Made by a program: the position numbers and the translations under genes. A stretch of DNA of 63,285 nucleotides, counting the filler, from Octopus bimaculoides (taxonomy: Eukaryota): assembly GCF_001194135.2 (NCBI RefSeq). It is 5 parts of 5 records of this genome, joined end to end, with 100 filler letters (N's around TTAATTAATTAA, not from the genome) between each part and the next. Parts side by side here need not be neighbours in the genome. Positions count along the whole stretch, not along the records: positions 48,635 to 51,944 come from NC_068983.1; positions 52,045 to 62,158 come from NC_068988.1; positions 62,259 to 63,285 come from NW_026306079.1; 2 more parts are not named here. One strand, 5' to 3'. Shown here piece after piece: positions 51,236 to 63,285 of the stretch. The notes under the pieces were generated by a model. It was not told the origin of the DNA and ran no database searches. It worked only from the letters and a program-made list of their open reading frames with translations. The first letter of the stretch is position 1. The number at the start of each line of letters is the position of its first letter.

Positions 51236-53200
51236 CTTAAAATATAAATTTGAAACGAGGGCAAAAATGGTTGAGTTGCAATCGGTTGTTCATTTCAGTG
51301 AAACGTATAGTTCGTATTATGAATTGAAGCAAAAAAGAGGGTTTCTAATTAGCTGAGAGCAGCATAAATCAATAATGTTTTATGAAGTACAAATTTCTGG
51401 TCGTTTTGTAGAAAACGTCATAAGCATACATATACATATTGATAAAATAAATTACGGTGTGCAGTAACAGATTGTACACGATGATACACTGGTATGATAA
51501 TTATTAAAGAAATATGTATAATTTTCACTTTGTTTCATTATAGCTACTATAAATATTGGAATGGTGATATAGGTACATATAGCCAAAACATAATTAATAT
51601 TCCAAAAACCAACTAAATTTAATGCACTTTTAATGAAATGTGATCTAAGATAAAAATTTACGCAGGATATTTCCAGGTAGAGTTTCACTCACATATCCGA
51701 GATTATATTTGTCACACTTTCATTGGCGACCACCCAACAAGTTCCATATAATAAAATACCTACTAGCAGCAAAGTGCGTACTATTTCTTAAAGCAATTGT
51801 GAAATTATTTCATAATCTATTTGACCATCTTGACCAATGCTCCAATCACAACGTGAGCTAAATATTTCTGTTGAATTTATGCGTGGTATATAAATTTACG
51901 TGTGTGCGTATATGTGTATATAAGTATATATATATATATATATANNNNNNNNNNNNNNNNNNNNNNNNNNNNNNNNNNNNNNNNNNNNTTAATTAATTAA
52001 NNNNNNNNNNNNNNNNNNNNNNNNNNNNNNNNNNNNNNNNNNNNTCTTACCACATAGCCACGCGATGGATTACTGCTGATCCCCCACTCCTTACCAAATT
52101 AATTTAAGGAGTATTTGTCTGCCCGGCTTCATCGCACAACACACTGGCCCAAGCTACTCTGCAATGGGACCGAACTTGAAGCTACGTAGATGAAAAGTGA
52201 ACTATGTTGTGGTCCCATCAGTAAACATGAAATTTCATTCCATTAACACTTTTAATTTCTAGCACGTGACATCAGACGCATTGACATGTTATGTGCCGTG
52301 TGGCAGGGAATGAATAATATATACTGGCAACAGTCAGTTTCATCGTTTCTTCAGATCGATTGAAGAAGAATAATAGAACGAAACTGCAAGGTTGCCAGGA
52401 TATTTAGCTCTTTCTAATTCCCGGAATAAATATCACCCTGCACACAGAGTTATGAATTTTCTTTTTTCATCATTATGCCAGCTGAATCCTGGAGCCCTTC
52501 TCCAGTTCTTCGGCGTGGGGGAGATGTCACGGTTATCTAACAAGACCGGTATCTCATTGTTTTCTACTTATTACTTGACTTCAATACAAATTGCCAACAA
52601 TAAGAAATGACAGCATAACTCTGTGTTAGTGAGAGACCATTATTCATCTATTCACCAGAGAATAAAAAGAAGAAATAAATAAATGGAATGGAATAAAAAG
52701 AAAAAGAAAAAAAAACGTTTATGAACTCGTGTGAGTCATTCGGTGAATACGTATTTATCATTATCACGATTACTCTTGTCTATATTATATCAGTAAGACA
52801 AACAAAAACAACAACAACAGCAACTACAATAGTAAGAATAACAACAACTAGAATAACAACAACATCAATGGAAAAAAAAAAGATGCAAAAATAAAAGAAA
52901 AAGAAAGGAAAGAGAGAATGAAATAATATGTGAAGAAACGAAGGAAAAAATGAAAGAGAATGAAGATAGGGCTTCAGATTTGAGGCCCCATGTTGTGAAT
53001 GATAAAGAAAGAGAAAGAAAGAAAAGAGGAACGTCGATCATTTTACAAGATGTCATTCTTTCCGATGAGAATTCATTTACCGAAACAGAGACACATGAGA
53101 AATATTAGAACAGAAATAAGGGAACGTTTGTGTTTATGGGTGCATTCACATACACGTGTATAGCTGTCTCTCGAGCACACTATCTCTTTTCTCTCTCTAC

Positions 53201-53269
<69 letters not shown>

Positions 53270-53960
53270 NNNNNNNNNNNNNNNNNNNNNNNNNNNNNNN
53301 NNNNNNNNNNNNNNNNNNNNNNNNNNNNNNNNNNNNNNNNNNNNNNNNNNNNNNNNNNNNNNNNNNNNNNNNNNNNNNNNNNNNNNNNNNNNNNNNNNNN
53401 NNNNNNNNNNNNNNNNNNNNNNNNNNNNNNNNNNNNNNNNNNNNNNNNNNNNNNNNNNNNNNNNNNNNNNNNAGAGAGAGAGAGAGAGAGAGAGAAAGAT
53501 CTTCTGTTGGACGTGTTAATAAAATAACAATTGTTTTAGTTTATTTATTTCGCATCAACTTTTTCACATTTTTACATGAGTTTTTCTACATTTCTTAGAA
53601 ATGCTTCCATATTTTACGGTCTCACCTTCAGGACGAACCAATTGGTGTTGATGGCTCCACTTTTTTTTACAGTCGACTGTGCAATAGGATTTAACGATGG
53701 TGTTGACATAGAATAAATCTACGATCGACTAGATGATTAAATATTAAAGCCATATGAATAACAGCAACGTTCAATTCGAAAACAAACATACAAACGGCGC
53801 ACGCACTAATCAAAATCAAAAATAAACCAAAATTTCCTGCGTCTTGAAATAAAACATCAACATACATACATTGAAATTGCGATTGTAATGTCGACATAAA
53901 AACAAATCTTTCTGTACCAGAATAAAAGAATAGTAAAAGAACATATATCTATGTATCCAT

Positions 53961-54050
53961 ATATATTGAAATGTCTTAACTGAAGAAGGTCTACGTAATC
54001 CTATATATTAGACAAACCTGAAACGGGCGTATTAAATGATTTCAATATAT
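53961..54050 (+). ncRNA. Type I hammerhead ribozyme motif (Penelope-type, minimal stem III)
   Basis: CTGAAGA 53980-86; stem II AGGT/ACCT; GAAA 54020-23; C-GGGC-G stem III; GTA cleavage triplet 54029-31. Stem I is TTAA/TTAA plus a perfect 12-bp atatattgaaat/atttcaatatat extension. Confidence 0.75.
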
Positions 54051-54399
54051 CACTACATACATGCATACATACATAAATACATACAAAATACCCTGTTGTT
54101 GATGCTTAAATTCCAATGAAGGAGCCTTGAATCTATGTTAGAAACCGGTTCTTTCTCTATTGGCAAGAAATCTTGAAATAAAAATGAACAATGACATACA
54201 TACATATCATTTAATTTACACAATTACGAAAATGCACTAATTTCAGGAATAAAAGAATGACCCAGCCATATCAAATTGAATAAATTTAGACTGTTACTCG
54301 CGATCTAACGCTTTCATACTGTTTGTTACTCAATAAGGGGAGAAATATCGTATATTTTACTGTAAGAAAAATCTTTTAGAGTTTTCTGGAAAGAAAAAG

Positions 54400-54780
54400 T
54401 AAGAGCAATTGAGAAATGTTACAGGTTGTTCCTATATCTCGTACAACGAACATGTGACGAATAACGAATTGAGGATGGGAATAATGAAGGTGACACAATG
54501 ATCTGCTGACAATTGTAAAGACAAAGAAACTGAAAGGGTACGGCCATGTAATAAGGAGCACCGACCTAGCAGAGACAATCCTGCGGGCCTTAGTCGAAGG
54601 TGGACGAAAGCAAAACAGCCAAGGAAAAGATGAATTTGTAACATCAAAGACTGGACGGGACTAATTTCCCCGATTCACAGAGAGTAGCGGAAGACCGAGA
54701 GAAGTGAGGAAATCCGATGCAACTTTATCAGGGAATCCCCATCTCCCGATAACCACACGGTGAAGGGATAGGATAGAACA
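54400..54780 (+). mobile_element. RTE (BovB-like) LINE 3' end
   Basis: DLLTIVKTKKLKGYGHVIRSTDLAETILRALVEGGRK...KDWTG...AEDRE. Confidence 0.8.
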
Positions 54781-55446
54781 GATAAAGTTTCCTGGCCAAC
54801 TTTTTTCTGGTGTAAGTTTTCTGCGACCAATGAAGCTGCATTTCAGTTAATCGCAACGTTTAATTTGTTATCCTTAAACGTAACATATGGTTGTGAGAGA
54901 GGAACACGTACTCTACATCATCTCTCTACGATTTATAGTGGCAATTAACTTCCAGATTGTTTGGGAGACGTTTGTATACTAGTTCTAGAATTTTATGAGC
55001 TATTAATATTAACAGCTTATGTTATATGTCTATATATGTTCTTGAATAAACTGCAAAGGTTCTTTGTGTTAATGAAGGAAACGTGTATCACCTCGGAATT
55101 ATGTAAAGATGTCAAATTCCTTTTTAAGGAACTCTGGAATTTGTTGTACACTTTGTGGAATATGACACATTTTATGGGGTTAAAAAATCGTTTTGAATTA
55201 TTCTGCGCTTTAGTTTTGCGTCCTCGCGTTTCCCCCGTTTCTTCAAACTGCGGCATTTATAGATAGATGGATCGATACATATATACATACATAGATAAAA
55301 ACACGCGTTTATATACCTACCTATATGTACATGTATATATGTATATCTTATATATACATAGATTCATATTTAAATATGTCTGGATATAAAATACATACAT
55401 ACATACATACATACATACATACATACATACATACATACATACATAC

Positions 55447-55503
<57 letters not shown>

Positions 55504-55635
55504 TAAATGGATAGAGAGAGAGAGAGAGAGACAGACAGACATAGATATACGTATATGTAAAATTATATTTGTGCATATATATATAAATATATTTATATAT
55601 ACCTATATATGTGCATATATACCTATAAATATTAT

Positions 55636-55693
<58 letters not shown>

Positions 55694-55756
55694 NNNNNNN
55701 NNNNNNNNNNNNNNNNNNNNNNNNNNNNNNNNNNNNNNNNNNNNNNNNNNNNNNNN

Positions 55757-55793
<37 letters not shown>

Positions 55794-56659
55794 TTGGGGT
55801 GTATGTACGTCACATGCACCGCCGCTGAAATAAAATAGGAAGCTAACATGTGATCAATGTCTCACAGACACCAACATCCACACACACACTCACACACACA
55901 CACACACGCACGCACGAAGGCATACACAAAAACTCCCCTCCCCCACAGACAATACAAAAAACAGCAGAACACGCGTAAAACAAAAGTGCGCAGACGCGAT
56001 CTGTTGAGGGCCCTGCCTAATCTAACAGCTGTAAAAATCTAACAACATATGTTTATCAACAGAAGAATTAAAACCTCTATTTCTATGCATTGGTCTTTCT
56101 CTATCTTGTGATTCCTACGCCATTTACCTTTTCTTTTTCTTCGCAAAAATCCTCTCTTTTGTCAGACATTCACAGATTCTAATGACGGCATCGCTATTGC
56201 CCTGAAGCGCCATCTACTAGAGATGGTGTTTGGGTGAGATCCGGGTTGATCATGACTAGATTGTGGATGGTTCATGGCAGATATGCTTCTTGTCTAAAAC
56301 ATCTGATATGGTTAGCAGATCTTGCCGATATCCATCCCTGTTTATCGCCCAAAGGTAGCCATCCAGCTTTGATTTAAACCACATCTCCCTCAAGAAATAC
56401 ACATTTTTATCAGAACTTTACTCTCTCACATTCTCTCTCTCTGCCCTCTGCTCCATCTTATTCTCCCCCCACCCACCCACCGACCTTGCTGCTCATTATA
56501 GTTATAATTGTTATTGTTGTTGCTGTTCTTATTGTCGTTGTTGCTGTCGCTGATGTTGGGGAGGCGGTTGTAGTGTTACTGCTCATCATAGTGTCGACGG
56601 CGTTGTTGGTGGTGTTGGCGTCGATCGGAATAAATTACCTTGCGTTATTCATTCCAGCT

Positions 56660-57247
56660 AAGGCGGTGAGCTGGCAGATCGCTTAACGGTATTTCTTCCG
56701 CTTGCAGTTTCTGAGTTCAAATTCAACCGAGGTCGACTTTGCCTTTAATCCTTTCGGGGCCGATAAAATGTGTACCAGTTGAATACCAGGGTCGATGTAA
56801 TCGACTTAACCCCTTACCCTCGAAATTGCTGGCCTTGTGCCAAAATTTGAAACCGATATTAATTCCAGCTAAGGCAGTGAGGAGGCAGAATCGTTAGCAC
56901 ACCGGAAAAAAATGCTTTGCAGCATTTCGTCCGTCTTTACGTTCTGAGTTCAAATTCCGACGTGGTCTACTTTGCTTTTCATCCTTTCGGGTCGATAAAA
57001 TAAGTACCAGTACATAACTGGGATTTGCTGCAATCGATCAGACCCCTTTTCCAAAATTTTAGGCCGTGTGCCTTTAACAGAAGGGATATTTATTCCAGCT
57101 TTTTACATTCAGAGTTCAAATCATGCCATGGTTAACTTTGTCTCCCATCCATCCTTGGTCGATTGAATAAAGTACAAATGATATATTTGAATCAATGGTA
57201 TCGATTAAACTCCTATCATAAAAATTGCTGACCTTATACCAAAATCA

Positions 57248-57250
<3 letters not shown>
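56660..57250 (+). mobile_element. Three head-to-tail, progressively degenerate SINE copies
   Basis: ttccagctaaggcggtgagctggcag..gagttcaaat..tcgataaaat..accag repeats at ~56650, ~56860 and ~57090. Confidence 0.75.
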
Positions 57251-57304
<54 letters not shown>

Positions 57305-57376
57305 CTCCAAGATTTTGTCCCTTCTCCAATTGCTAAATGTCCCTTAANNNNNNNNNNAATCTTAATTGTTGATATG

Positions 57377-57415
<39 letters not shown>

Positions 57416-57566
57416 ATGGACATACAGATCGATAGATAATTAGATAGAGTTTATGATAGTCTTATCATAAATATAAATTTAGAGACAGAAAAAGCCAAAG
57501 TGTTGCACAAGAGTTTTGTTTGTCGGTTACAAACGTACATGCCGACAGTCTCATATACATACATTC

Positions 57567-57603
<37 letters not shown>

Positions 57604-58545
57604 NNNNNNNNNNNNNNNNNNNNNNNNNNNNNNNNNNNNNNNNNNNNNNNNNNNNNNNNNNNNNNNNNNNNNNNNNNNNNNNNNNNNNNNNNNNNNNNNN
57701 NNNNNNNNNNNNNNNNNNNNNNNNNNNNNNNNNNNNNNNNNNNNNNNNNNNNNNNNNNNNNNNNNNNNNNNNNNNNNNNNNNNNNNNNNNNNNNNNNNNN
57801 NNNNNNNNNNNNNNNNNNNNNNNNNNNNNNNNNNNNNNNNNNNNNNNNNNNNNNNNNNNNNNNNNNNNNNNNNNNNNNNNNNNNNNNNNNNNNNNNNNNN
57901 NNNNNNNNNNNNNNNNNNNNNNNNNNNNNNNNNNNNNNNNNNNNNNNNNNNNNNNNNNNNNNNNNNNNNNNNNNNNNNNNNNNNNNNNNNNNNNNNNNNN
58001 NNNNNNNNNNNNNNNNNNNNNNNNNNNNNNNNNNNNNNNNNNNNNNNNNNNNNNNNNNNNNNNNNNNNNNNNNNNNNNNNNNNNNNNNNNNNNNNNNNNN
58101 NNNNNNNNNNNNNNNNNNNNNNNNNNNNNNNNNNNNNNNNNNNNNNNNNNNNNNNNNNNNNNNNNNNNNNNNNNNNNNNNNNNNNNNNNNNNNNNNNNNN
58201 NNNNNNNNNNNNNNNNNNNNNNNNNNNNNNNNNNNNNNNNNNNNNNNNNNNNNNNNNNNNNNNNNNNNNNNNNNNNNNNNNNNNNNNNNNNNNNNNNNNN
58301 NNNNNNNNNNNNNNNNNNNNNNNNNNNNNNNNNNNNNNNNNNNNNNNNNNNNNNNNNNNNNNNNNNNNNNNNNNNNNNNNNNNNNNNNNNNNNNNNNNNN
58401 NNNNNNNNNNNNNNNNNNNNNNNNNNNNNNNNNNNNNNNNNNNNNNNNNNNNNNNNNNNNNNNNNNNNNNNNNNNNNNNNNNNNNNNNNNNNNNNNNNNN
58501 NNNNNNNNNNNNNNNNNNNNNNNNNNNNNNNNNNNNNNNNNNNNN

Positions 58546-58579
<34 letters not shown>

Positions 58580-59628
58580 CACACACAAATGGGTTGTTTG
58601 GTGGGTGTGTAGATAGAGAGGTAGGTAAGTAGGGAGGTGTGTACGCAGCGTAATGTTAAGGAGATACGAATGGCTCTGATATGAAACACACACACACACA
58701 CACATACCCCAAAACACAGAACAGCAAAAATAAGTTTGTGAATCACGTGTGCGTACGTATCTATATCTATAGCTATACCTATATCCGTCCGTCCGTCCAA
58801 CCATTTGCGACATCAGAGTCGGACAAGTTTGTCAGTACCACACGAGAGCCGCATAAAAGAGCCGAGTATCTTTAAGATGAGCCAATATGGTGAGCTGGCA
58901 AAGCAGTTTGGGTTTGAGGGTTTCCACTGTACTGTGAAACCAGTTGACGTTGAACAGCAAGGGTACGTGGCTGCATGAACCGATCAGCTACTCGGGCAGT
59001 TGGGTGTCGTCGCAATTAAACGGGTGTCTGATGTTGCTGGAAAGAGCTCAGTATGGATATGGGCAAAGAGAAATGACCAATGGACCTAGTTCTGGATCCC
59101 ATTGGTCATTTACAGGAAAAATAAGGAAGAAGAGAACTGGTTCCCTCGTGAGTGAGAGTGGCTTGGTAGACTGAAACACGGAGCCGGGAATAAAAGAACG
59201 ACCCAGGTTCAAATCCCGCAGGAGAACACCTAGGAGTCATGACCTGGGTTGGTCTGGTTCCCCTAGTGTGTCAGGTATAAGGGCCGAAACACTTGTCGAA
59301 TGGGAGCCCTTCCTCTGAAGATCTGATGTGCGCTCGCCTTACGGTGAGTTTCTGTTATTTTTCTTTTTTATTTATCGTAGCTGCGAGATTCACCCGATAT
59401 GTGTTGACCGGCCGCCTCCCACTGATGATGTCCAGGAGACTGAAATTATACAGTAGACTAATATCAGAGTATTCGGTGTGCTAACAAGGCATCCATGTTT
59501 AGTTGGATATAAAAATTGCCTTTATACACACACACACACAGACATACACATACATACGCACACACTCACACACTCACACAAACATATGTATGCATGTATA
59601 CATACATATATCTATATATCTATCTATT

Positions 59629-59681
<53 letters not shown>

Positions 59682-60309
59682 GGGTGTATGTATATCAATC
59701 TATATGTATGTATGCATTTTTTTTGAAAGTATGTTAAAGTAATCGCGCGATATCGCTCACATATTCCATTACATGAGGAACAATCATTTATTTCCATATC
59801 TGTAATATAATACAAGCGCAGTGTGCAGTCAATGCGTAAGTTCAACCCTGCACTGCGAAGACAGATGCAAGAGAATGCCATTCGACAGACACACCCAAAC
59901 ATTTTTGTAGAAACGCCGTAATTTGCCTGTCATGTTCGCATTGGCCTTGTAAATCATCATCATGTCTTAAGAGTTATCTCAGAGCACAGAAGTGAACGAG
60001 AGTGAGCAATTTGACTGAGCATTGAGTAATGAATAAAAAGATAGCTATCATGTGACAAGACGAAGCAGACATCACCCGAATATATCGGTGACGTTATAAG
60101 AAACTTATAAAAGTTCGAAAGAACGTGAAATGATTATTTTTTTATTTACTTCATTTTTCTTTTTTTTTTTTTTTGTTGGAATTGTACCTCTCGAACCATA
60201 TGGATCTCTCCAAAAGGGATACTCAACCCAATATTTACTTTATTATTCATAGGATCATGCGCTTCGAGATCAACTATGTCCAAAAGAATATAATATTTAT
60301 ATATATACT

Positions 60310-60520
60310 AAAGCGGTGAGCTGGTAGAAACGTTAGCACGCCGGGCGAAATGCTTAGCCGTATTTCGTCTGTCTTTATGTTCTGAGTTCAAATCCCGCCG
60401 AGGTCGACTTTACCTTTCATCTTTCCCGGGTCGAAAAAATAAGTACCAGTTGCGTCCTGGGTTAATCTAATCGACTGCCCCCCTCCCCCAAAATTTCGGT
60501 CCTTGTGCCTAGAGTAGAAA
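60310..60520 (+). mobile_element. tRNA-derived SINE
   Basis: aagcggtgagctggtagaaacgttagcacgccgggcgaaatg..gagttcaaatcccgccgaggtcgac. Confidence 0.8.
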
Positions 60521-60627
60521 AGCATATGTACATATAGACACACATACATACATACATATATGTGCGTGTATGTGTGTGTGTGCATGTGCGTGTGTGTGCA
60601 TGTGTATGTGTGTGTGTGTGCATATAC

Positions 60628-60659
<32 letters not shown>

Positions 60660-60663
<4 letters not shown>

Positions 60664-60870
60664 TACAAATGTGGGAAATTCTGCCTGTCTGTGTGTGTGT
60701 TTGTGGAGTTGTTAGCTAACTTCTCCTACTTCGTTTTAGCGATTTTGATAAAACTTGACACGTGAGTAGAACACATGTTTGGAAACCTCATTGCATACTC
60801 AGATTGTTGTAAAAATCATTAATAGGGCCCATGGAAGGGATCCTTATATATATCTAATATATTTCATTTT
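60660..60870 (+). mobile_element. Helitron/DINE-like non-autonomous element 5' region
   Basis: tatatactacaaatg..tgtctgtgtgtgtgtttgt..cgattttgataaaacttgacac resembles DINE-1/HINE 5' blocks; no 3' end was identified. Confidence 0.35.
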
Positions 60871-61617
60871 AAAAACTAAAGGAAATAACCCATTCTTTTT
60901 CATGAATAATTTGGTAAAAATGAAATTGAGTATACTTATTTCTTAGTATTTGAACTGTTAGAGTTATTTTCCCAATTTATCCAGTACAACCCTTCAACAA
61001 GTAAATAGTATTTTCCTAAACAATAGATCTACTTACTTCGGTTAGTGACATATTCACGAATATTCCAACACTAGCACCCCTGAGGGTAAAATTTTGCTAT
61101 ACATACATTACTAGTATTTCCTCCTATGTTTTATATACTCTGGGAACGCCCTAAAGCCCTTTTCGGGGCTACTTTATTTGAATTCTTACTATCGGGTAAC
61201 TAATTTCATGTTATTTTATAACTGACCTCAAAGTTTGGGTATTCATGACTTATTGGGAATTCCTAAAAACAAGATCCTGCGTAAGACAGTTTGGTATTCT
61301 CTGTAAATGTACAAAAACCGTTTTTAAGGGCTACATACGTTGTATCGCTGTAATTGGATTAGCGAAACAATTATGAGAATGGAACCAAGGGATAAGCCCC
61401 GCGTTCCCGGGAATTACCGCATCCTCTTCCATCCTCTAGCTATGCTAGTATTACGGTAGTCATTCTAGTTATATGTTGAGTTCAACTATACATTTCAACC
61501 CGGTCCACTAAAACTATAAGGAAGAGGTCCCTAAATGTTTTAGTCCATCGACCCTTCATGGAATACTTGACCCCTCATCGACCCCTAAGAATGTACAAGA
61601 AAATAACGAAAATAACT

Positions 61618-61627
61618 AAATAATAAT

Positions 61628-61665
<38 letters not shown>

Positions 61666-61727
61666 TAACAATAATAATAATAATAATAATAACAATAACA
61701 ATAATAATAATAACAATAATAACAATA

Positions 61728-61785
<58 letters not shown>
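61618..61785. repeat. (AAT/AAC)n microsatellite
   Basis: Directly visible. Confidence 0.95.
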
Positions 61786-61786
<1 letters not shown>

Positions 61787-62393
61787 GTATGTGTACATTT
61801 ATCGACCCTTGAATACTCCATTCGATCCTCAGGAATCGATATCGACCACTTTGGAAACCCCTGCTCTAAGGGCTGATGTTTCTTGCCACCCCCGACCTCA
61901 ACCAAATCCATCTGTCTCTCTCTCTTTCCGTTTCTGAATTGGCTGTCTTTCTGAAAGGGTCATAGGAGAACCCATTAACACTAACTTCTCTGGTGAAGAG
62001 AGAACGGTTGAGATAGAACCCAGTAACCTTTGTGTTGTACAAGAATGTCTAGAAACAAAAAAAAAAAAAAATCAAAATTATAGCCGTACGGACGGGCCAA
62101 TGTCCTTGCAGACGAGCGAATGTGTTTATAAAACGAACGTATATACTAATGATGTGTGNNNNNNNNNNNNNNNNNNNNNNNNNNNNNNNNNNNNNNNNNN
62201 NNTTAATTAATTAANNNNNNNNNNNNNNNNNNNNNNNNNNNNNNNNNNNNNNNNNNNNTATTTTAAGAAATATTGTTAAATATTTTTCGATTATTTATTT
62301 ATTTATTGGTAAAACAAGTATTTTTTTTTAGATATTTAGTATAAGTTACAATACATACATTGATTTTTTTATTATTATTTTATTTTTATTGTA

Positions 62394-62521
62394 GACCTGA
62401 CGAGTGAATATATTTCTGAATAAATTTAATTGTAGATCGATTTGATTATTAATTGAATTATTAATTGAATTGGTTTTTGTAGTTTTCTATTTGAAAATAT
62501 AGCCACGAAACGTGCGTAGTC
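62394..62521 (+). ncRNA. Type I hammerhead ribozyme motif with ~100-nt stem II
   Basis: GAC/GTC stem I; CTGACGA 62397-403; GTG/CAC closing stem II plus tatattt/aaatata; GAAA 62507-10; C-GTGC-G stem III; GTA 62516-18. Confidence 0.65.
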
Positions 62522-62678
62522 ATTTTATACCATTTACTAGTTATTCTTTTTGTATTTTATATATATGAATACATATACATACATACATACATACATATAT
62601 GCGCATATTTATATACATATATAACATATATAACATATATACATATATTTACATATATATACATATATTTACATATAT

Positions 62679-62679
<1 letters not shown>

Positions 62680-62774
<95 letters not shown>

Positions 62775-62784
62775 NNNNNNNNNN

Positions 62785-62876
<92 letters not shown>
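62680..62876. repeat. (GTA)n microsatellite
   Basis: Directly visible. Confidence 0.95.
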
Positions 62877-63232
62877 CGCGTTCCCCAATGTCTTCTTTAT
62901 GTTGGTCACATTATGTTCCACCCATTAATTTATCAACTCAAACATTTCTTATCTAACTTCCGGTATCTCCCACCGCGCTCTCTGTCTGTCTTCCTATTCG
63001 TTTCTCTTTCTCCCTATCTCTCTCTCCCTCCCTCCCCAAGCCATCTCTCTTTCTCTCTCCTCCTCCTCTCTCTCTCCCTCTCTCTCTCTCTCTATCTCTA
63101 TCTCTCTCTCTCTCTTTATTCATTTATCTATTTATTTATTTATTTATCTCACCATTGTCTTCTTGCCTATCCCATAAGCTGAAATTAATTGACACTCATC
63201 GACTCTCCCTTGTTACGAAAATTTTCGAAATT

Positions 63233-63285
<53 letters not shown>

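Noticed and set aside
52900-53110. ~65-codon E/K-rich open frame on the plus strand
   Set aside because: Purine-rich low complexity, no splice context and no recognisable domain.
53624-53674. Possible 51-nt minus-strand exon (STVKKSGAINTNWFVLK) with gtgaga donor
   Set aside because: No ankyrin or other motif and a weak acceptor; it cannot be linked to the gene.
56486-56686. Hydrophobic, membrane-like ORF
   Set aside because: Derived from a degenerate (GTT/GCT)n repeat.
57465-58800. Long ORFs in the track (also 2393-3041, 5133-6134, 22824-23537, 24605-25909, 26435-27046)
   Set aside because: They are open only because of N gaps or simple repeats.
61585-63182. Poly-L, poly-I, poly-V and poly-Y ORFs
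   Set aside because: Translations of trinucleotide microsatellites.

Overview
AT-rich, gapped eukaryotic scaffold full of microsatellites. The SINE/LINE/Penelope repertoire looks cephalopod, probably Octopus (inference, no search run). Only one host gene is supportable: the 3' part of a minus-strand, multi-exon ankyrin-like / RING-HC / death-domain gene of the kind usually auto-annotated as MIB2-like. Its supportable exons are 48082-48257, 45380-45519, 39607-39678, 35041-35088, 32094-32165 and 30224-30423, and they splice in frame to a stop; the 5' exons were not found. Between RING and the death domain lies a tandem array of ~1-1.7 kb exon+intron modules. Their phase-1/phase-1 exons are paralogues of the exon encoding the start of the death domain, and by hand count they are far more diverged (50% identity) than an adjacent intronic block (~86%). 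The rest is mobile-element debris. This includes RTE LINEs (two 5'-inverted, one with a 12-bp TSD; another ending in three C2H2-type fingers), R4/Dong, R2/NeSL-like, CR1 and Tx1-like ORF1 fragments, mariner/Tc1 remnants, Helitron-like ends and many tRNA-derived SINEs. There are also several Penelope GIY-YIG remnants and a set of type I hammerhead ribozyme motifs, three of them well formed. Most long ORFs in the supplied track are artefacts of N gaps or microsatellites.
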